A stretch of DNA of 64,000 nt from Rhizaria sp. SCN 62-66 (Eukaryota), in the NCBI GenBank assembly GCA_001724265.1, contig MEDY01000184.1, forward strand, positions 1-64,000, in the 5' to 3' direction. Position 1 is the first letter of the stretch. The number at the start of each line of letters is the position of its first letter. The translations under genes and the position numbers were made by a program. The notes under the pieces were generated by a model, which saw only the letters and a program-made list of their open reading frames with translations, searched no databases and was not told the DNA's origin. Below, piece after piece: positions 13,672 through 27,230 of this stretch.

Positions 13672-14869
13672 GCGCACCAAGGCAGTCAAGAAAGTGCACA
13701 TCATCTTTACAATAGCAAACAAAGAGAGTTCTTGATTAATGCCAATAACAACAAAACTGAATACAATATGAAATATTTTACGGTGACTCAACATCAAGAT
13801 TGGAATGGATAAAGTGGAAGTTGGGGTTGATCATATGCGTTGAAAAGGGTTATGGAGAAGAGAAATTGATCTATTGGAGGTAGAGAATGTTGGGGACACT
13901 TTGTAGAGCCATATCACTTAGTAGTAATAGTAAATAACCAAAACAGCTGAGTTAATTCGTTTACAAAACACTCATCACTGGCATACTCTGCATCTACGTA
14001 GTGTCAGACAACACTGCGAGAGATTGCATTTGATCCCGTTATTAGGTTAGAAGCGCAACAAGAGGACATACTCGCTTAATTAATATATATAGATATAAAG
14101 TAAGTATGCCATGAAGCAAATAATAATAATAACGTTGACAACCTGAGACAGAGGTAGGATTATGTAGAAACAGGCAGCAAAGAGCGCGCGCGGGAAAGAA
14201 AAAAAAATAAAGAGAAAGAGTATATGAAATGCGGAAATATCAAAAAGCCATATAAAACTGCGTCGTTCGCGGTCACAGTCACAAACCCCCCACATACACA
14301 CGCTTTCTTGGAGTAATATAGAATATTAAGTAACACTAACACTAAAACACAAAAGAAAGCGCAGTGAGCACCGCTCGGGGAGGCAACTAAGGTGGAGGAG
14401 AGACTGGTATATCACGACCAGCGACGAGAAGCGACTAAGTAAGCAACAAAAAAAAGCAGAAACAAACACAGTGTGATTAAGCCGTAGTGGCGTACGCAAC
14501 CTAAATAACTGTACGTACGCACATCCTACTTGGCTATAAGCTAGTGTAAGCAAACAGCGGGAAGTCAACAAAAATCTCACATCTGAGTAACACGATCCAT
14601 TTAAATTATTTTGTCTCACAATAAAACACTATAAATTACACAAGTGTTAAGAATTTAAGTACGGACAAAAAATAATAGATCATGCGTGCTATAATCAATC
14701 AGAAGTTTTCACAGAGAGGATTATTGAGCAACCAACCAAAAGAAACGATCGATCAAACGAGCGGTCAGAACGAAAAACAAAACATGTTGTGTCAAAAAGT
14801 CAGAAGAATGTCAAGTACAACAACAACAACAAACACGCAATGCAACGCCCCAAGCAGACCGTAGAGTGC

Positions 14870-17800
14870 TTACTGCTGCGCGGTCACGGCCTGGTCCTCG
14901 GGCTGCTGCGCGCCAGCACCAGCCCCGGCGGCGCCAGTGCCCGCGCCGGCGCCGGTGGCGGACTGGACGTGGGCCGAGGGCTCGCAAGAGCGCACCACGG
15001 TCTCGAACAGACGCTCGATCTGCTGCGAGCACGTGGTGAAAGGTTGCTCGCGGAGCTGGTAGCGCGGGTTCTTGAGCAGCTCGACGAAGCACACAATGAG
15101 ACCCCAGGGCACGGGCCGGTGCGCGATGAGGCGCTCGAGCAGCACGCGCGTGATGCACTCGGTGATGCCCGAGTGCCCGCGCTGCAGCGAGATGTAGTAC
15201 ATGCCGTGCATGACGCACGTAAAGAAGAACGTGTGCAGGTTGGGGTACCGCAGCTGGTTGGCGATGAGGTTGATGAGCAGGAAGCGGCCCTCGGCGTCGA
15301 GGCTCTCGATCATGCGCTGGAGCACCTCGACGGCGGTGTTGTCCACAGCCAGCTGCAGCGTCGACACCATCGCCATCCAGGACCCCGGCGAGCGCGCGGC
15401 AACGTGGTCCACCGTGTGCAGCAGCCGCGCCGTGCCCGTACGCGCCAGGAAGAGCACCACAGCAAGCATCAGCGACGAGTTATACGCCGGCTTGCCGCCC
15501 GCGCTGGGGCCGTCGACCTTGGTGCCGTTGGCGGCGGCCGCGGCGAGCTGCTGTCCGTGGGGCGTGCGCAGCGCTGCCAGCACTTCGGCCGGGAACGGCG
15601 CCTTGTAGTCGATGTTGGAGCAGAGCGCGAGGTAGCGGTCCAGAGGCTCGAAGATGGCGCTGCGAGCCGTGGGCGAGCGCAACGAGAGCTGCACGTGGTC
15701 CATCGACGTGGGCGGCAGCACCGTGCACTCGGGCATGGTCGCCAGGTTGAGGTGCGACGAGAAGGGCGGAGGCGCGACGAGAGAGCGCGGCGCGGCCGAG
15801 AGGATAAGGTTGCGCAGCTGCACGCACGTGTCGGGCAGGTCCTTGGGGTCGACGAAGACGTTGGCCGTCTCGGCCAGGTACTCGGGGAAGTCGTTGAAGA
15901 TTACCAGGAAGAGGCGCAGCACGGCCGTGTAGAGCGCGCGCATCGTGTCCGAGAGTCGCGCGGCCTGGAGCGCGGGGTGCATGACGCCCAGCACGTCGAG
16001 CACGAGGCGCGTGAACCACATCCACGTCACCGACGACATCTGGTGGTGCTGCAGCATGCGCGGCAGGAACGCGCGGTGAGACAGCACTTCGACGAAGCCG
16101 AACACGAAGGCGCCGACGCGCGGCGGGCGCAGCAGGCGCAGGCAGTCGGAAAAGACGAGGATGACGTCGAAATTGCCCATGTCGAGCCCGAGCGCGGGCG
16201 CGTTGCCGGGCGCCGAGAGCGCCGTGAGCAGGTACGTGAGGAAGTGCGTGTACGCGCGCGACTGGAAGTGCGTCACGGGCGCCGCGGTGGTGCCCGCGAA
16301 GTGCTCGTAGTAAGCGTAGTTGGCGTCGTCGGCGTCGGAGCGCAGCCGCCACATGACGGCCACGACGGCCTCGCGCAGCAGCCGCACGCGGCCGGCGTGC
16401 AGCGTCGCCACGGTGTCCACACCGCTGCTGGCGCTGCCGCTGCCGGCCTCCGCGCCCTCGGCGGCGGGCTTCGCAGTTCCGTCAGCACCCGCAGCGGTCG
16501 CGCTGGCGCTGGCGCTGGCGTTGGCGGCGAGCGGCGCGGGCATGCCGCGCGCGTCGACAGCGCCGGGCCCGTGCGCGCGCGCGGCGTCGGCGGCCGAGGG
16601 CGCGCCGATGCCCGTGTACAGTGGGTCCGCCTCGGCCACCAGCGCCGACACCAGCGCGGGGTCGGCCTCCTGGATGAGGTAGATTACCATCGCGCCCAGT
16701 GCGTCCACGGGGGCAGACAGACGCGTCACCGCGCCCGCCACCACGGCCGCGCCCAGCGCAGATGCTGGCACCGCAGGCTCGGCGGCGGCGGCAGCGGCGG
16801 CGGCGGCGGCAGCGGCAGCAGCAGCAGCAGCAGCGGCGGCGGCGGCGGCGGCGGCGCCGCTCTTGTCCTTCTTGTCCTTCTTGCCGTGCGAGGCCGAGGC
16901 CGAGGCCGAGGCCGGGACCACCGCGGGGGCCGCGGGGGCGGCGGCGGCGGGGGCGGCGGTGGCCGCAGAGAGGTCGACGCCGCCCGCGGCAACGAGGCCC
17001 AAGCAGCGCGTGACGCAGGCGCGGAAGAAGGCCTGGAGCGCGGCGGGCGACGCCAGCACGCCCTTCTGCTGCAGCTGGGCGAGCCACGCTGCGCGCACCG
17101 CAGCGCCGGGAGTCGTCTGCACATGCGCTGCGACCCAGGCGGGGAAGAGCGCGGCGGCCGCAGCGTCCATGCTCTGGCGCAGTGCGGCCTCGGCCTCGGC
17201 GTCGGCGACCTGGCCGACGATGTTGTTGAGGTCCACGTCCAGCTCGTTGTTGAGCACGCTCAGCGCCGCGTCGTGCGCGTCGATGATGCTCTGCACGCGC
17301 GCCGCGCGGGCCTGCGTCATCGCAGCGGCCGCGGCAGGTAGCCCACCCGCGGATGCGACGCCACCGGGGCCGCCGCGCGCGCCGCCAGCCCCGCCAGCGC
17401 CGCCCGCGTTGGCGGACTCGTTGGCGGCGCGCAGCGCGGCGGCGACGACCTCGGCGTAGACAACGATCTCCTCTGCGTTGACGTCAAAGGCGACGCTCGC
17501 GACGCGCGGGTCGCCCGAGACATCGAGCGAGCGCATGACAAAGACGGCGAGGCGGCGCAGGTAGGCGACCCATTGCAGCGGCGGCGCCGTGGCGTGCGAC
17601 ACGAGGAACTGCACGCCGGGCTGCTGCTGGTGCATGACGCTGACGTGGGCGAGCGCGCGATGCATCTGCGCCTTGATGACGTCCATGGCGGCGATGAGCG
17701 TGTTGAGCGTGAGCGGCAGCTGGTGCTGGAAGTCGCCCACGATCGGCGGCCCGCCCTCGCTGGGCAGCACGCACGCCACGATGGCGTAGAGCGCCAGGTC

Positions 17801-20731
17801 GAGCAGCTCGTCTGACCGCGGCGGGCTCACCGGCGCGAAGCCGACGTTGCCCTCGCCAGCGGCGAAGATGAGGCGCGGCGAGTCGAGCGAGCGCTGCACG
17901 AGCGAGGCGAGGAACTGGTCAACCTGCGCCGTGAGCACCATGCCTTCGCGCATGTAGCGCAGCGCGAACTCGATCACGATCGACACGCGCTCCATCAGCG
18001 CGCGGTCCGACGCCGCGGCCGCGCCCGTGGTGAAGTTGGCTGGATCCAGCAGGCGCTTGCCCAGCTCACGCGGCAGCCGGTCGCGGTAGATGTTCGAGAC
18101 CTGGTTAAGGAGGTAGTTGTACACGTCCATGTGGAGCATCGAGCCCCGCGCCTCGGGCTCGAGCATGCGCGCGACGATGAGCGAGATGAGCACGGGGTAG
18201 TACGGCAGCTCCCACTCGGCGTCCGACGCGCGCAGCAGCGACGGCACGATGTGCAGCGCCATGTAGCGGATCGGCAGCCGGTCGTCCGTCAGCGACTTGA
18301 GCGGCGTGGTGCGGTAATGCGGCTGCGCGACGATGGTCACGTGCAGCGTCTGCACCACCGCGCACAGCGCCGCGAGCGACTGCTGCGTCTGCAGCGGCAG
18401 CTTCGCGGCGCGCGCGCGCAACTCCGGGTCGGGCAGCAGCTGCAGCGGGGAGAACTGCACATACAGCGACGCCGGACGCACGAGCCCGAAGTTGTGGTAC
18501 ACGTCGAGCTGCGCATTGCCGGGCGCGGGCCGCAGCTGCTGCGGCAGCGCCTGCAGCGTCAGCGCGATCTCGGGCGGCACAAACGCGGGGCCAAACTGGT
18601 CGCGGTTGCGCCGGCGCGAAGCGATGAAGGCGTCGCGGAACGAGGTGAAGATCCGGTCAACGAGGCTGGCCTCGACGTGCGAGTAGACGAGCGGCATGCA
18701 GTCGGCGACGTGCAGCGACACGATCGTGTCCATGTAGGGCGCCGCCTCCTGCTTCGCCTCGGGCGTCGCCAGCGGCGTCGTCTCAACGCCCTCGCGGATG
18801 TAGTAGTCGAGCCGGCTGCGCAGGAACGCGGGCGCGTAGATGAACATCGTCGACGACACGAGCTGCTTCGTGAGGTCGTGCAGCGCCTTAGCCGCGCGCG
18901 CGTCGTCGGGCTCGGTCGCAAAGTCGCGCTCAACGAGCGAGCTCATAATCACAGGCAGCCCGCGGCCGTGCTTCTCCATCATCGCGCGGTAGGTGTCGGT
19001 GCCAGCGCGCTCCATGGACCGGTGCAGCGCCTCGGGCGGCACGGGCAGCGAATGAAACAGTCCCATGTACGGGTTCGGCGGCATTGTCGACTGCGGCTCC
19101 AGTGCGCCGTTGTTGACGCCCGCCACGCCCGCAGCCGCGCCACCCTGCTGCTGCTGCTGTTGCTGCTGTTGCTGCTGCTGCTGTTGCTGCTGCTGGGCCG
19201 CGGCGGCCTGCGCAACGGCCTGCGCCGCAGCCTGCTGCGCCGCAGCCTGCGCCGCGGCCGCCTGCGCCGCGGCCTGGGCGGCGGCCTGCTGCGCGGCGGC
19301 GGCAGCGGCCGCCTGCGCGGCGCGGCGGGCGGCGCCGAGCAGCTGCGATGGTTCGGTGGCTTCCATCTTGACGTCAAAGATCTTGAAGATGTTCTCGATC
19401 TCGAAGATGACCTCGCGGCGCGTGCCGGGTTGCGCGTCGAGCTCGGTGCGCAGCTCCTTAAGCAGCGCGAGCAGCCCTGCCACCCAGGGATTCGGCACCT
19501 GGAACACCTCGGACTTGGCGCAGTGCTCAAGCAGCTTTGCCACGGCGGGCAGCACGAAGGCCAGCCGGTTGCGGTCGTACGCGTCGATCACCAGCTCCTT
19601 GACAGCTAGCTTATTCGCGCGCACGGGCCGGTTGCGCGCGAGAGTGAGCTGGCCGAGCCATGACATGACGTTCTTGAGCTGCGAGCGCAGAGTGGCTGGC
19701 GCGCGCTCGAGGTCGGCCTCGAGCATCACGCGCAGCGCGGCGTACGTCTCGTCGAGCACGAAGGCCTCCACCACGGGGCTCCGCATCTCCTCCACCAGCA
19801 CGCCGTAGTTGCGGTGGTGGTTTGCCTCCTTGGCCACGCGCTGGTTCACGAAGTAGTGCGCGAAGTAGTGCCGGTGGCGCGTCCCCAGCAGCGCCACCAT
19901 GTCGGCCGCCTTGGTCTTGACCGTCGCCGTCGTCGTGTCGTTGATCAGCCGCGCGATGCGCTCCATCGTCTGCTGCGGCGGCCGCGGCGCAAGCGACTCG
20001 GCGGCGCGCGCCCAGCGGTCCGGTGAGAGAGAGAGCCCGGTCTGGATGGCCTCGGGCATCGTCAGCGGGGGCGCGTTGAGCACCTCGAGCGCGCGCACCA
20101 AGTCGGGGTTCTTGTTGCGCACGTTGGGGATCGAGGCGACGATGCCGCAGAAGGCGGGCCAGTGCGACAGCCGGTCGCGGAAGGCCTGCAACGTCGACAT
20201 GCCGAACAAGTACATGTTGTCGTCAGTGGAGCGCAGCCCCTCGAGCAGGATGCGCAGCGCGAAGCCAATGGCGAAGGGCGTGATGAGCTCGTCGCCGATC
20301 ATGCGGCCCAGCACGCCCGCCGTCTGCCGCAGCCGCTCCTGCGAATGCGACTTGCGCAGCTCCTCCTTGCGAAGCTCCTCGAACAGCAGGTACACGAACG
20401 TCTCGTACGTCGCGCGCTTCGCCTCGGTGGGCTTGAGCGCGTGGTAGCGCCGCAGGACGGCGAGCACGTCGGTGTGCGAGATCGACTGGTTGTACATGTT
20501 GACGAAGAGCGCGTTGGCCTCGTCCTCGGCGCTGGGATCCGCCGACGCGGGCGGCACGCGCATGCGCGCGAACACCTGCGCAGGCGTCGGAGGCTCGGGC
20601 ACGGCGACCGCGGGCGCGGGCGGCTGCGCGACGCCACCCAGCCCGCCGGCCTGCTGCTGCACCTGCTGCTGCTGCTGGAGCTGCTGCTGCTGCTGCTGCT
20701 GGTTGACGAGGTGCTGGTGCTGCTGCTGTTG

Positions 20732-20784
<53 letters not shown>

Positions 20785-23674
20785 GCTGCATCTTCTGCAG
20801 GTGCTGCATGGCGAGGCGGCCCATCTCGCCGTGGAGCTCCGGCGGCGCGTTGACCAGCGCCGTGAGCAGCCGCGGGTTGATCGGCACCACCATCTCGGCC
20901 ACCTTGCGCACCTGCAGCAGCAGGTCCGCGGGCGACAGTGTCGACGGCAGGTTCGTCGCGGCCTCGGCGGCGCGCGCGAGCTGCGCGGGGTCCACCGAGG
21001 TGAGGACTTGCAGCAGCGTCGTCGCCAGCTCCAGCGTCAGCGGCGCGAAGGGGTACCGTGACGCCGCCGAGACGCCGGGTTCGGAGCCCGCGGCGGCGGC
21101 GGCGGCGGCCGAGGACGCGGCGGCGGCGGCCGCGGCGGGCGACTCGGCGATGACGCGCTGCGCGGCGGGCGACACGTGCGCGAAGGGCGCGAGCATGGTA
21201 CACGAAGGCGGCAGCGGCTTGTTGCTCGCCGTGTGGACCGCGTTGACGCGCAGATACTCAAGCGCCTGGATGAAGAAGTTGAGTCCCGTGGTGCCGTCCT
21301 TAAGGCGCGCGTGGAGCCAGGCGTCGAGCTTGACGAGCTTCTGGCGCGCCGTGAGCAGCGCGACGTCGATGCAGAACGGGTGCGGGTTGCAGTTGAAAAC
21401 GTGGCCGAGGAGATCGCGCACGCAGTCCTGCGTGATCTCGAGCACGCGCAGAGAGAACTTGTGGTCCAGCGTGTAGAGCCGGATGCAGTAGGTGAGGAAG
21501 GAGCGCGGTGCGACCTGCCAGAAGCGGCGCAGAAGCGGCGGCGACGAGGCGGCGAAGTGCGGCAGCGGGAGGAAGTAGGCCAGTCCGGGCAGCTCCATCA
21601 CGTCGTCGAGCACGAACACGCCCGCGGGCGTGAGGTGCGAGCCGTTGCTGGTGGCGTGCGGCAGCGCCGAGATGTCGGGCACGGCGCCCTTGACCTGGAC
21701 CAGCGCCACGAACAGCACCTCGGGGCACGCCGAGAGCGCGGCGTGCAGCACGGCCGGCACGCGCACGGCGCCGCAGCCGCGGAAGGGCAGCAGCGGCAGC
21801 GCGGGCGCCACCACGCCTGCCGTGGGCGACACGGGCGCGGGCGCGCACAACATGCCCGCCGCGGCGGCCGCGGCGGCGGGCGGAGGGCCAGGGTACGCCA
21901 GCTCCCACTCCGTGTCGGCGAGCGACAGCAGCGCCTCGACGACGTCGATCGAGTACCACGCATGGAACAGCGCGCGGTGCGCCGCTGCCGCCGCCGCGCA
22001 CTCGGGCGCCGCGCCCAGGCGCACCTGCGCATCCGCAGTCAGCACGCCGCTGCCGCCGCTGTTGCTGTTGCTGTTGCCCGCGGCGCCCGCGGCCGCGGCG
22101 GCGGCGGCGGCGACGCCGGGGACGGCGAGGGCCTCGGCGGAGGGCGTCCAGAAGGTATCGTCAACGGGCGCGACGACGCGCGCGCCGGGCACAGCGGCGA
22201 AGTCGACGACGGTGGCCGGTGCGGCGACGGCGAAGCGCAGCGCCGAGTACTGGCCGGGCCGGTTCGCCCACACACCCAGCAGGCCCTCGGCCGGGAAGCG
22301 CGGCGCCGCGGGCGCGGCCGGCGCGGGCGCGGCGGCGGAGCCGGCGGCGGCGGCAGAACTGGCGGGCGAGGCGGGCGCGTTGCAGAGTGCCCAGAGGCGG
22401 GTGAGGAGCGCGAAGGCGTGCTCGGTGGGGAGGTAGAACTCGGGCACGTCGAACAGGCGGAACACGGCCGTGTAGTTGAGCTTGTACATGGCCAGCGCGT
22501 CGACCCACAGCGCCAGCAGCCGCTCGCGCTCACGGTACGGCGCGGGCAGCGCGCCGCCGGCGACGCTCCCGGCGGCGGCGGCAGAGCCGGCGGCGGCGGC
22601 AGCGCCCGCGGCAGCCCCGGCGGCGGCACCAGCGGCGGCGGCAGGGCGCGCGCTGTTGGCTGCGGCGGCGGAGGCGGCGGCGGAGGGCGAGAGGCCGAAG
22701 ACGTTGGCGCCCAGCTGGACGCCGGTGGCCATGATCGAGGCGAGCGGAAGCACGAGACGCGTGCCCGGGTCCGCGACCGCGGGGTCTGCGGTGCGCACGA
22801 GCAGCGCAAATAGCACAGCGACGTCGTTCTCCTTGACCGAGCCGCCCATGCGCGCGAGCGTCGAGAGCAGCGCGCGGATCGAGTCTGGCGAGTCAAGGCT
22901 CGAGGGGCCGATGTCGTAGACCAGGTCCGCCAGCCGCGCGGGCCCGCCGTGGCCGTGGGGGCCCGCGTGCGGGATCTGCACGCGCGTCTGTGCCGTGGGG
23001 TCGTACAGCATTGCGGACAGCACGGGCAGCGCGGCCGTGCGGAACGGCTTGCGGTTGCGCTCCGCCTCAGCGCGGGCTTCGAGCGTGAGGTCGTGGATGA
23101 CTTTGTTGATCTCCTGCACGTCCACTTGCGACTCGACGGCGCGCGCAAAGGCCGAGAGCAGGTGGACCTTCTGCGGTGTGAGGAGGTAGAAGGGCGGGCA
23201 CGTGGCGATGAAGTTGGTCAGGTCTCGGATCGTCGGCGCGTCAAAGCGGTACTGCGCGAAGTGGTGCAGGCACGACGGGTGCAGCTTGAGCGCGAGGAAA
23301 GAAAACGACTCGCGCATCCACCGCGGGTCGCGCGTGCGCGGGACGGCCATGAGGATGAGGATCTGGTGTGTGAGGGGCAGGTTGAGGACGCGGGAGAGCG
23401 TGGCGAGGAGGTTGTCGGGCAACACGACGCAGTTCTCGTAGCGGTTGATGATCAGCGTCGCCAGGTCGCGCGTCGGGATCGTGAGACACATTTCCGACAG
23501 CGCCTTGAGCCGCGTCGCGTTGGGATGTGCCGCCAGCGCGGCGGGATCTGTAGGCAGGTCAAACACGTCGATCACGTCGAGGAGCATCCTGACAATGTTC
23601 TGTTGTTGGACGGGATCGTTCGAAGCCACTGGCCCGTTTGGAGGCCCAGCAGCTCCGCGATATCCTGTCGCCAT
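14870..23674 (-). CDS. CNOT1: CCR4-NOT scaffold subunit NOT1, single exon, 2934 aa
   Basis: C-terminal Not1 domain IANQLRYPNLHT...RVLLERLIAHRPVPWGL...ELLKNPRY; CAF1-binding region LKNVMSWLGQLTLARNRPV...SEVFQVPNPW; LVERDFATEPD; TAA stop. Confidence 0.93.
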
Positions 23675-24390
23675 GCGGAAGCGCTGCAGTGGGCAAAGTG
23701 CAAAAGGACGTGGAATATGTAGAAAAGAGTGTTAGATTTCAAATAGACTTTGTGCGCCGCCACGGCGCCTCTTGGAACGCTCAGGGTCGTTAACCTGATC
23801 CAGACAACACAAAGCACAATCATCTTCCTCAGAGGAGAATCCTCGTCAGCGTATGCTAGGACCCGCGCGAATAGAAATACCAAGCAGCGTAAGACCCTAC
23901 AATTTCATTCTTTCCACTCTCGGCCGCGTCTTCAGCCTCCCACACACTCCACTCGTATCGCCCCTAGGCTCATCACGGGGCGCCAGCCAGCCAGCCACAC
24001 TCTCACTCTCCGTCCGCTCATCTTCGATTGCAAGCCGCCTGGTGACTGGACTGACCGGCCGACCGACCGTGGGCTGGCCACTTGGCCCACCACAAAAAAC
24101 ATTTGGACCACAGAGCTATGGGGGCGAGTGCGAAAGGATTAGCTGACAGGCGTGGTCTCCGTTAATTGGAAATAAAAGTGAATTGAGGTTACTGGTCGTC
24201 ATATTTATACTTAGTGAATTATTTCATTCCGCTCCAATTGCATGTTTTGTGTCACAGGTCGTCCCCCCTTTGTTCGACTTGGGATCTCACTTTCTCTTTA
24301 TCCCTCCTCACCCTGTCTGTGTGTCTGCTCCCTCACAACAACCTTCTCCGCTGATCTATCATGTGTTGCGTTGCTTTGTACCTAATAGTC

Positions 24391-25177
24391 ATGTCGTCTG
24401 AAGCGCCGCACGACGAGGCCGACTTCGGCCTGAGTCCTGTCCCGGCTGCTGCTGAGGCGACAGACGCCTCCAAGCAGACAGACTCTGCTTCTGCCTCGAC
24501 GGCTGCAGTTGCTGTTGTGGCTGGTGACGAGGCTCCCGCGAAGCCGCTGTTTGAGATTCAGCAGTGGAACGCTGTTTGTCTCTGGGGCTGGAAGCTCTCT
24601 GCTGAGGTTTGCGCTATTTGTACGTCCCAAGAAATGTCGAGCAACAATTTGGAAGAACTCCTCATCGTTCAGCTCATTTGTTGGTCTACAGCTTCAACAC
24701 AAGTGCAAACCTGAAAGGTATCACGTCATATTTAGCTATCTTTTTTTATATCTTGTACTCATCTCTTTTCACTCTGTTTCTCTGTCATGGTTTGTGACCA
24801 TCTCTTCCTTGTAGGCCGTAACAACCTGATGAGTGCATGCATCGACTGTCAGCTCAGCACCACTCTGTCCAACAAGTACACGTGCACCGTTGCATGGGGC
24901 AAGTGCCAGCACGTGTTCCACCTCCATTGTATCTCCAAGTGGCTCCAGCGCCGCCATGTACGTCCTAGAAATACTGTGGTTCATATCCGTGTGCTCATCA
25001 AACGACACTCTCTTGCTCTGTGTGGATCTTGCCGATGTGTATTGCCTTTATCATTTTGAACTTGATTTCACTCATTTTGAATGTCTCTTTATGTTTTCGC
25101 CTTGTTTTGCGCTGTTTTAGACTTGCCCTATGGACAACCTGCCTTGGGAGAGTTACGCTAGTATGGTTGGCAAGTAA
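24391..25177 (+). CDS. RBX1: RING-box protein (cullin-RING ligase subunit); exons 24391-24619, 24815-24957, 25121-25177
   Basis: Spliced product WNAVCLWGW...CAICRNNLMSACIDCQ...[35 protein letters not shown]; two GTACGT...TAG introns; TAA stop. Confidence 0.9.
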
Positions 25178-26874
25178 ACAATTGCCTTTTTCGAGATCAA
25201 CTAAAACGTTATCACATCAACGTAATACCCACAGCAATGAACATCAACAATGTCAAACAGCAGCAACAACGAATATTTTTGAGAGCAGTAACGCTGCTCT
25301 TGTACACGCGTTAGTATGCTTTGTTTTCTGTAGATTTCAGCTCTGTTTGGATTTGTCTCTAGTTTTCTCTTCAGCCTTGTTTTTCCCATCTAGCCCGAGC
25401 TGTACCTTTGTCGTTACATAGCCGCAACATGTGTTGTAAACCAACAACAACATCACTAGTAATCTCACGTCTAGTCCTGAAGCACGTTCTACTCTTCTTC
25501 GAATGTTCTTATACGAGACCTCAACAAAAAGAGATGAAAAATAAACACATTATTGTGACAAACATCATCTTTGTCTTGAATGGTCTTCGTCGCGTTATAT
25601 AGCACTCATACAAAGATAAGTATCGTGCTTCGTAACCAAACCTGTTTCCTGTTGTGTGTATTGCACTTTGCACGCAGCTGTGTGTGTTAATGTGTGTGCC
25701 TTGCTTGCATGGCGGTGGCATGTAGTCTGGACCGCCACCACTGCCGCCTCCGCCGCTGCCGCTACTGCCACGGCTACGTACGCTAAGCGTTTGAATTTGC
25801 TATATCTTAGTGGCGGGCGGATGGCGCCTGAACACGGTTGCTGCCATATCCAGCGCAGACCTCTCGTAGTCCTGCCAGCTACACCTCGCACGCGGGTCTG
25901 GCGCCGGCCGAAAGCACAATTGCGGTATCTCAGCGCTAATACCAGCTATTTTATGCACGCTGCGCGCAATACACACTTGAAGCGCCGGCTTATTAGTGGA
26001 GCACGAGTCATTTGTGAAAACAATATTCTTCTCTCCGTTCCGGTCAGCGCGGCTCTAGCCAAATCTGCCTCTAAGCTCGATAGTAATAACACTCAACTGT
26101 CTTTTCAATTTAAGAATCGTTGGAATTTTTGTTTGTTTGAATGAGTAGAGTAAAATTGAGTTCTGACAAAAGTTGTGTGCAATTCTTTAGTTTCTTGCTT
26201 CGACAACTTCAAGAGCTCAGACACAGATCTCGGTATTCACTAGAGATATTCTGCTCTACGTCTGAGATATCACAGCATTTATGAATATAAACCAAAACCT
26301 CACATTGCTTACGTTTATTTTCGAAAACCCGCTTCTAAATACTTGTTTTCTTGTGCACAAAGCTTTCATCAACAGGGAACAGCGACAGAATGAAACTTCA
26401 GTGCTTCCATTTGCAGCTCTCTTACACTTCTCTTGTCGAACGCTTGCTGAGGCAAGCTAAAGTCTACTTGCCACTAAGTTATATTCTTATTGGTTTTTGC
26501 TCAAACTTGAGCTGTGATGCTGGTGCACTCTGTGTGTATCGCGTGATCTCCGAACTCACTTCAAGTTGCACAGCCACGACTTTGGCGACCACGGACATTC
26601 TGACATCACACACCCATGAGATTTGTGACTTTTTACTGATGTATGACGTCTAGTCCAATAACGTGTTTTGCCCCGCCCCAAGATGTTATTTCATAAATGT
26701 TGTTGCCATTGATTTTGAAAACTACGAGTGTCAGTTTTAAATCTTGCTATCTACCATTTGCAACATGGTCGTATTTTTTTAACACCTTTAGATGCTAACT
26801 TTGGCTACGAGACGAAGCAGATTAGTCTTTGTCGTATTATTGACGAAGGCTCTGGTTTTGATGTATTTGTGCAT

Positions 26875-26954
26875 GTCAACATCCTCTAGTGGTATGTGGC
26901 GTGCCTTGAAAGCTCGTGCCTTCGGGCTCGTGGGTTCGAATCCCACTGTTGACG
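26875..26954 (+). tRNA. tRNA-Ser(UGA), atypical D and anticodon stems
   Basis: Perfect 7-bp acceptor GTCAACA/TGTTGAC, G discriminator, T-arm GTGGG-TTCGAAT-CCCAC, long variable arm GCC-TTCG-GGC, anticodon loop CT-TGA-AA (anticodon 26907-26909). Confidence 0.8.
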
Positions 26955-26976
26955 TTTCTTTTTTTCTTTTTTTTTT
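26955..26976 (+). terminator. Oligo-T RNA polymerase III terminator
   Basis: Long T runs begin immediately after the tRNA discriminator base. Confidence 0.75.
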
Positions 26977-27230
26977 GTCTCGAGTCTAATTGCCGCGCTT
27001 GCTCATACCGCGGCCTGCGCCATATTTTTTTACTTCTTCCACCGTCTGGTCGCTTTTGCCAACGCGCCCCGCCCCTGACTACGAATACTGGATAGCATGA
27101 CTTTTTATTTTTGACTTGTCGTCTCTATATAACTTACAATAATCCTAGGTAACATCAATGAGCACAATATGAAATAATAAAGCTTAATCAAGCCAGCTTC
27201 CAACAAGCTTCTCAATGATCTGTTGTGCGC

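Noticed and set aside
14789-22813. Long plus-strand ORFs (850, 492, 545 aa and others) opposite NOT1, and similar antisense ORFs over PGM2, AKR and MKS1
   Set aside because: Shadow ORFs produced by high GC and codon bias of the real gene on the other strand; no recognisable motifs.
25595-26144. Short ORFs in the RBX1-tRNA spacer
   Set aside because: No host codon bias, splice structure or motifs.
26875-26954. The tRNA as a UAG suppressor or selenocysteine tRNA
   Set aside because: The anticodon is TGA (reads UCA, Ser), not CTA or TCA; the CTA triplet lies in the D arm.
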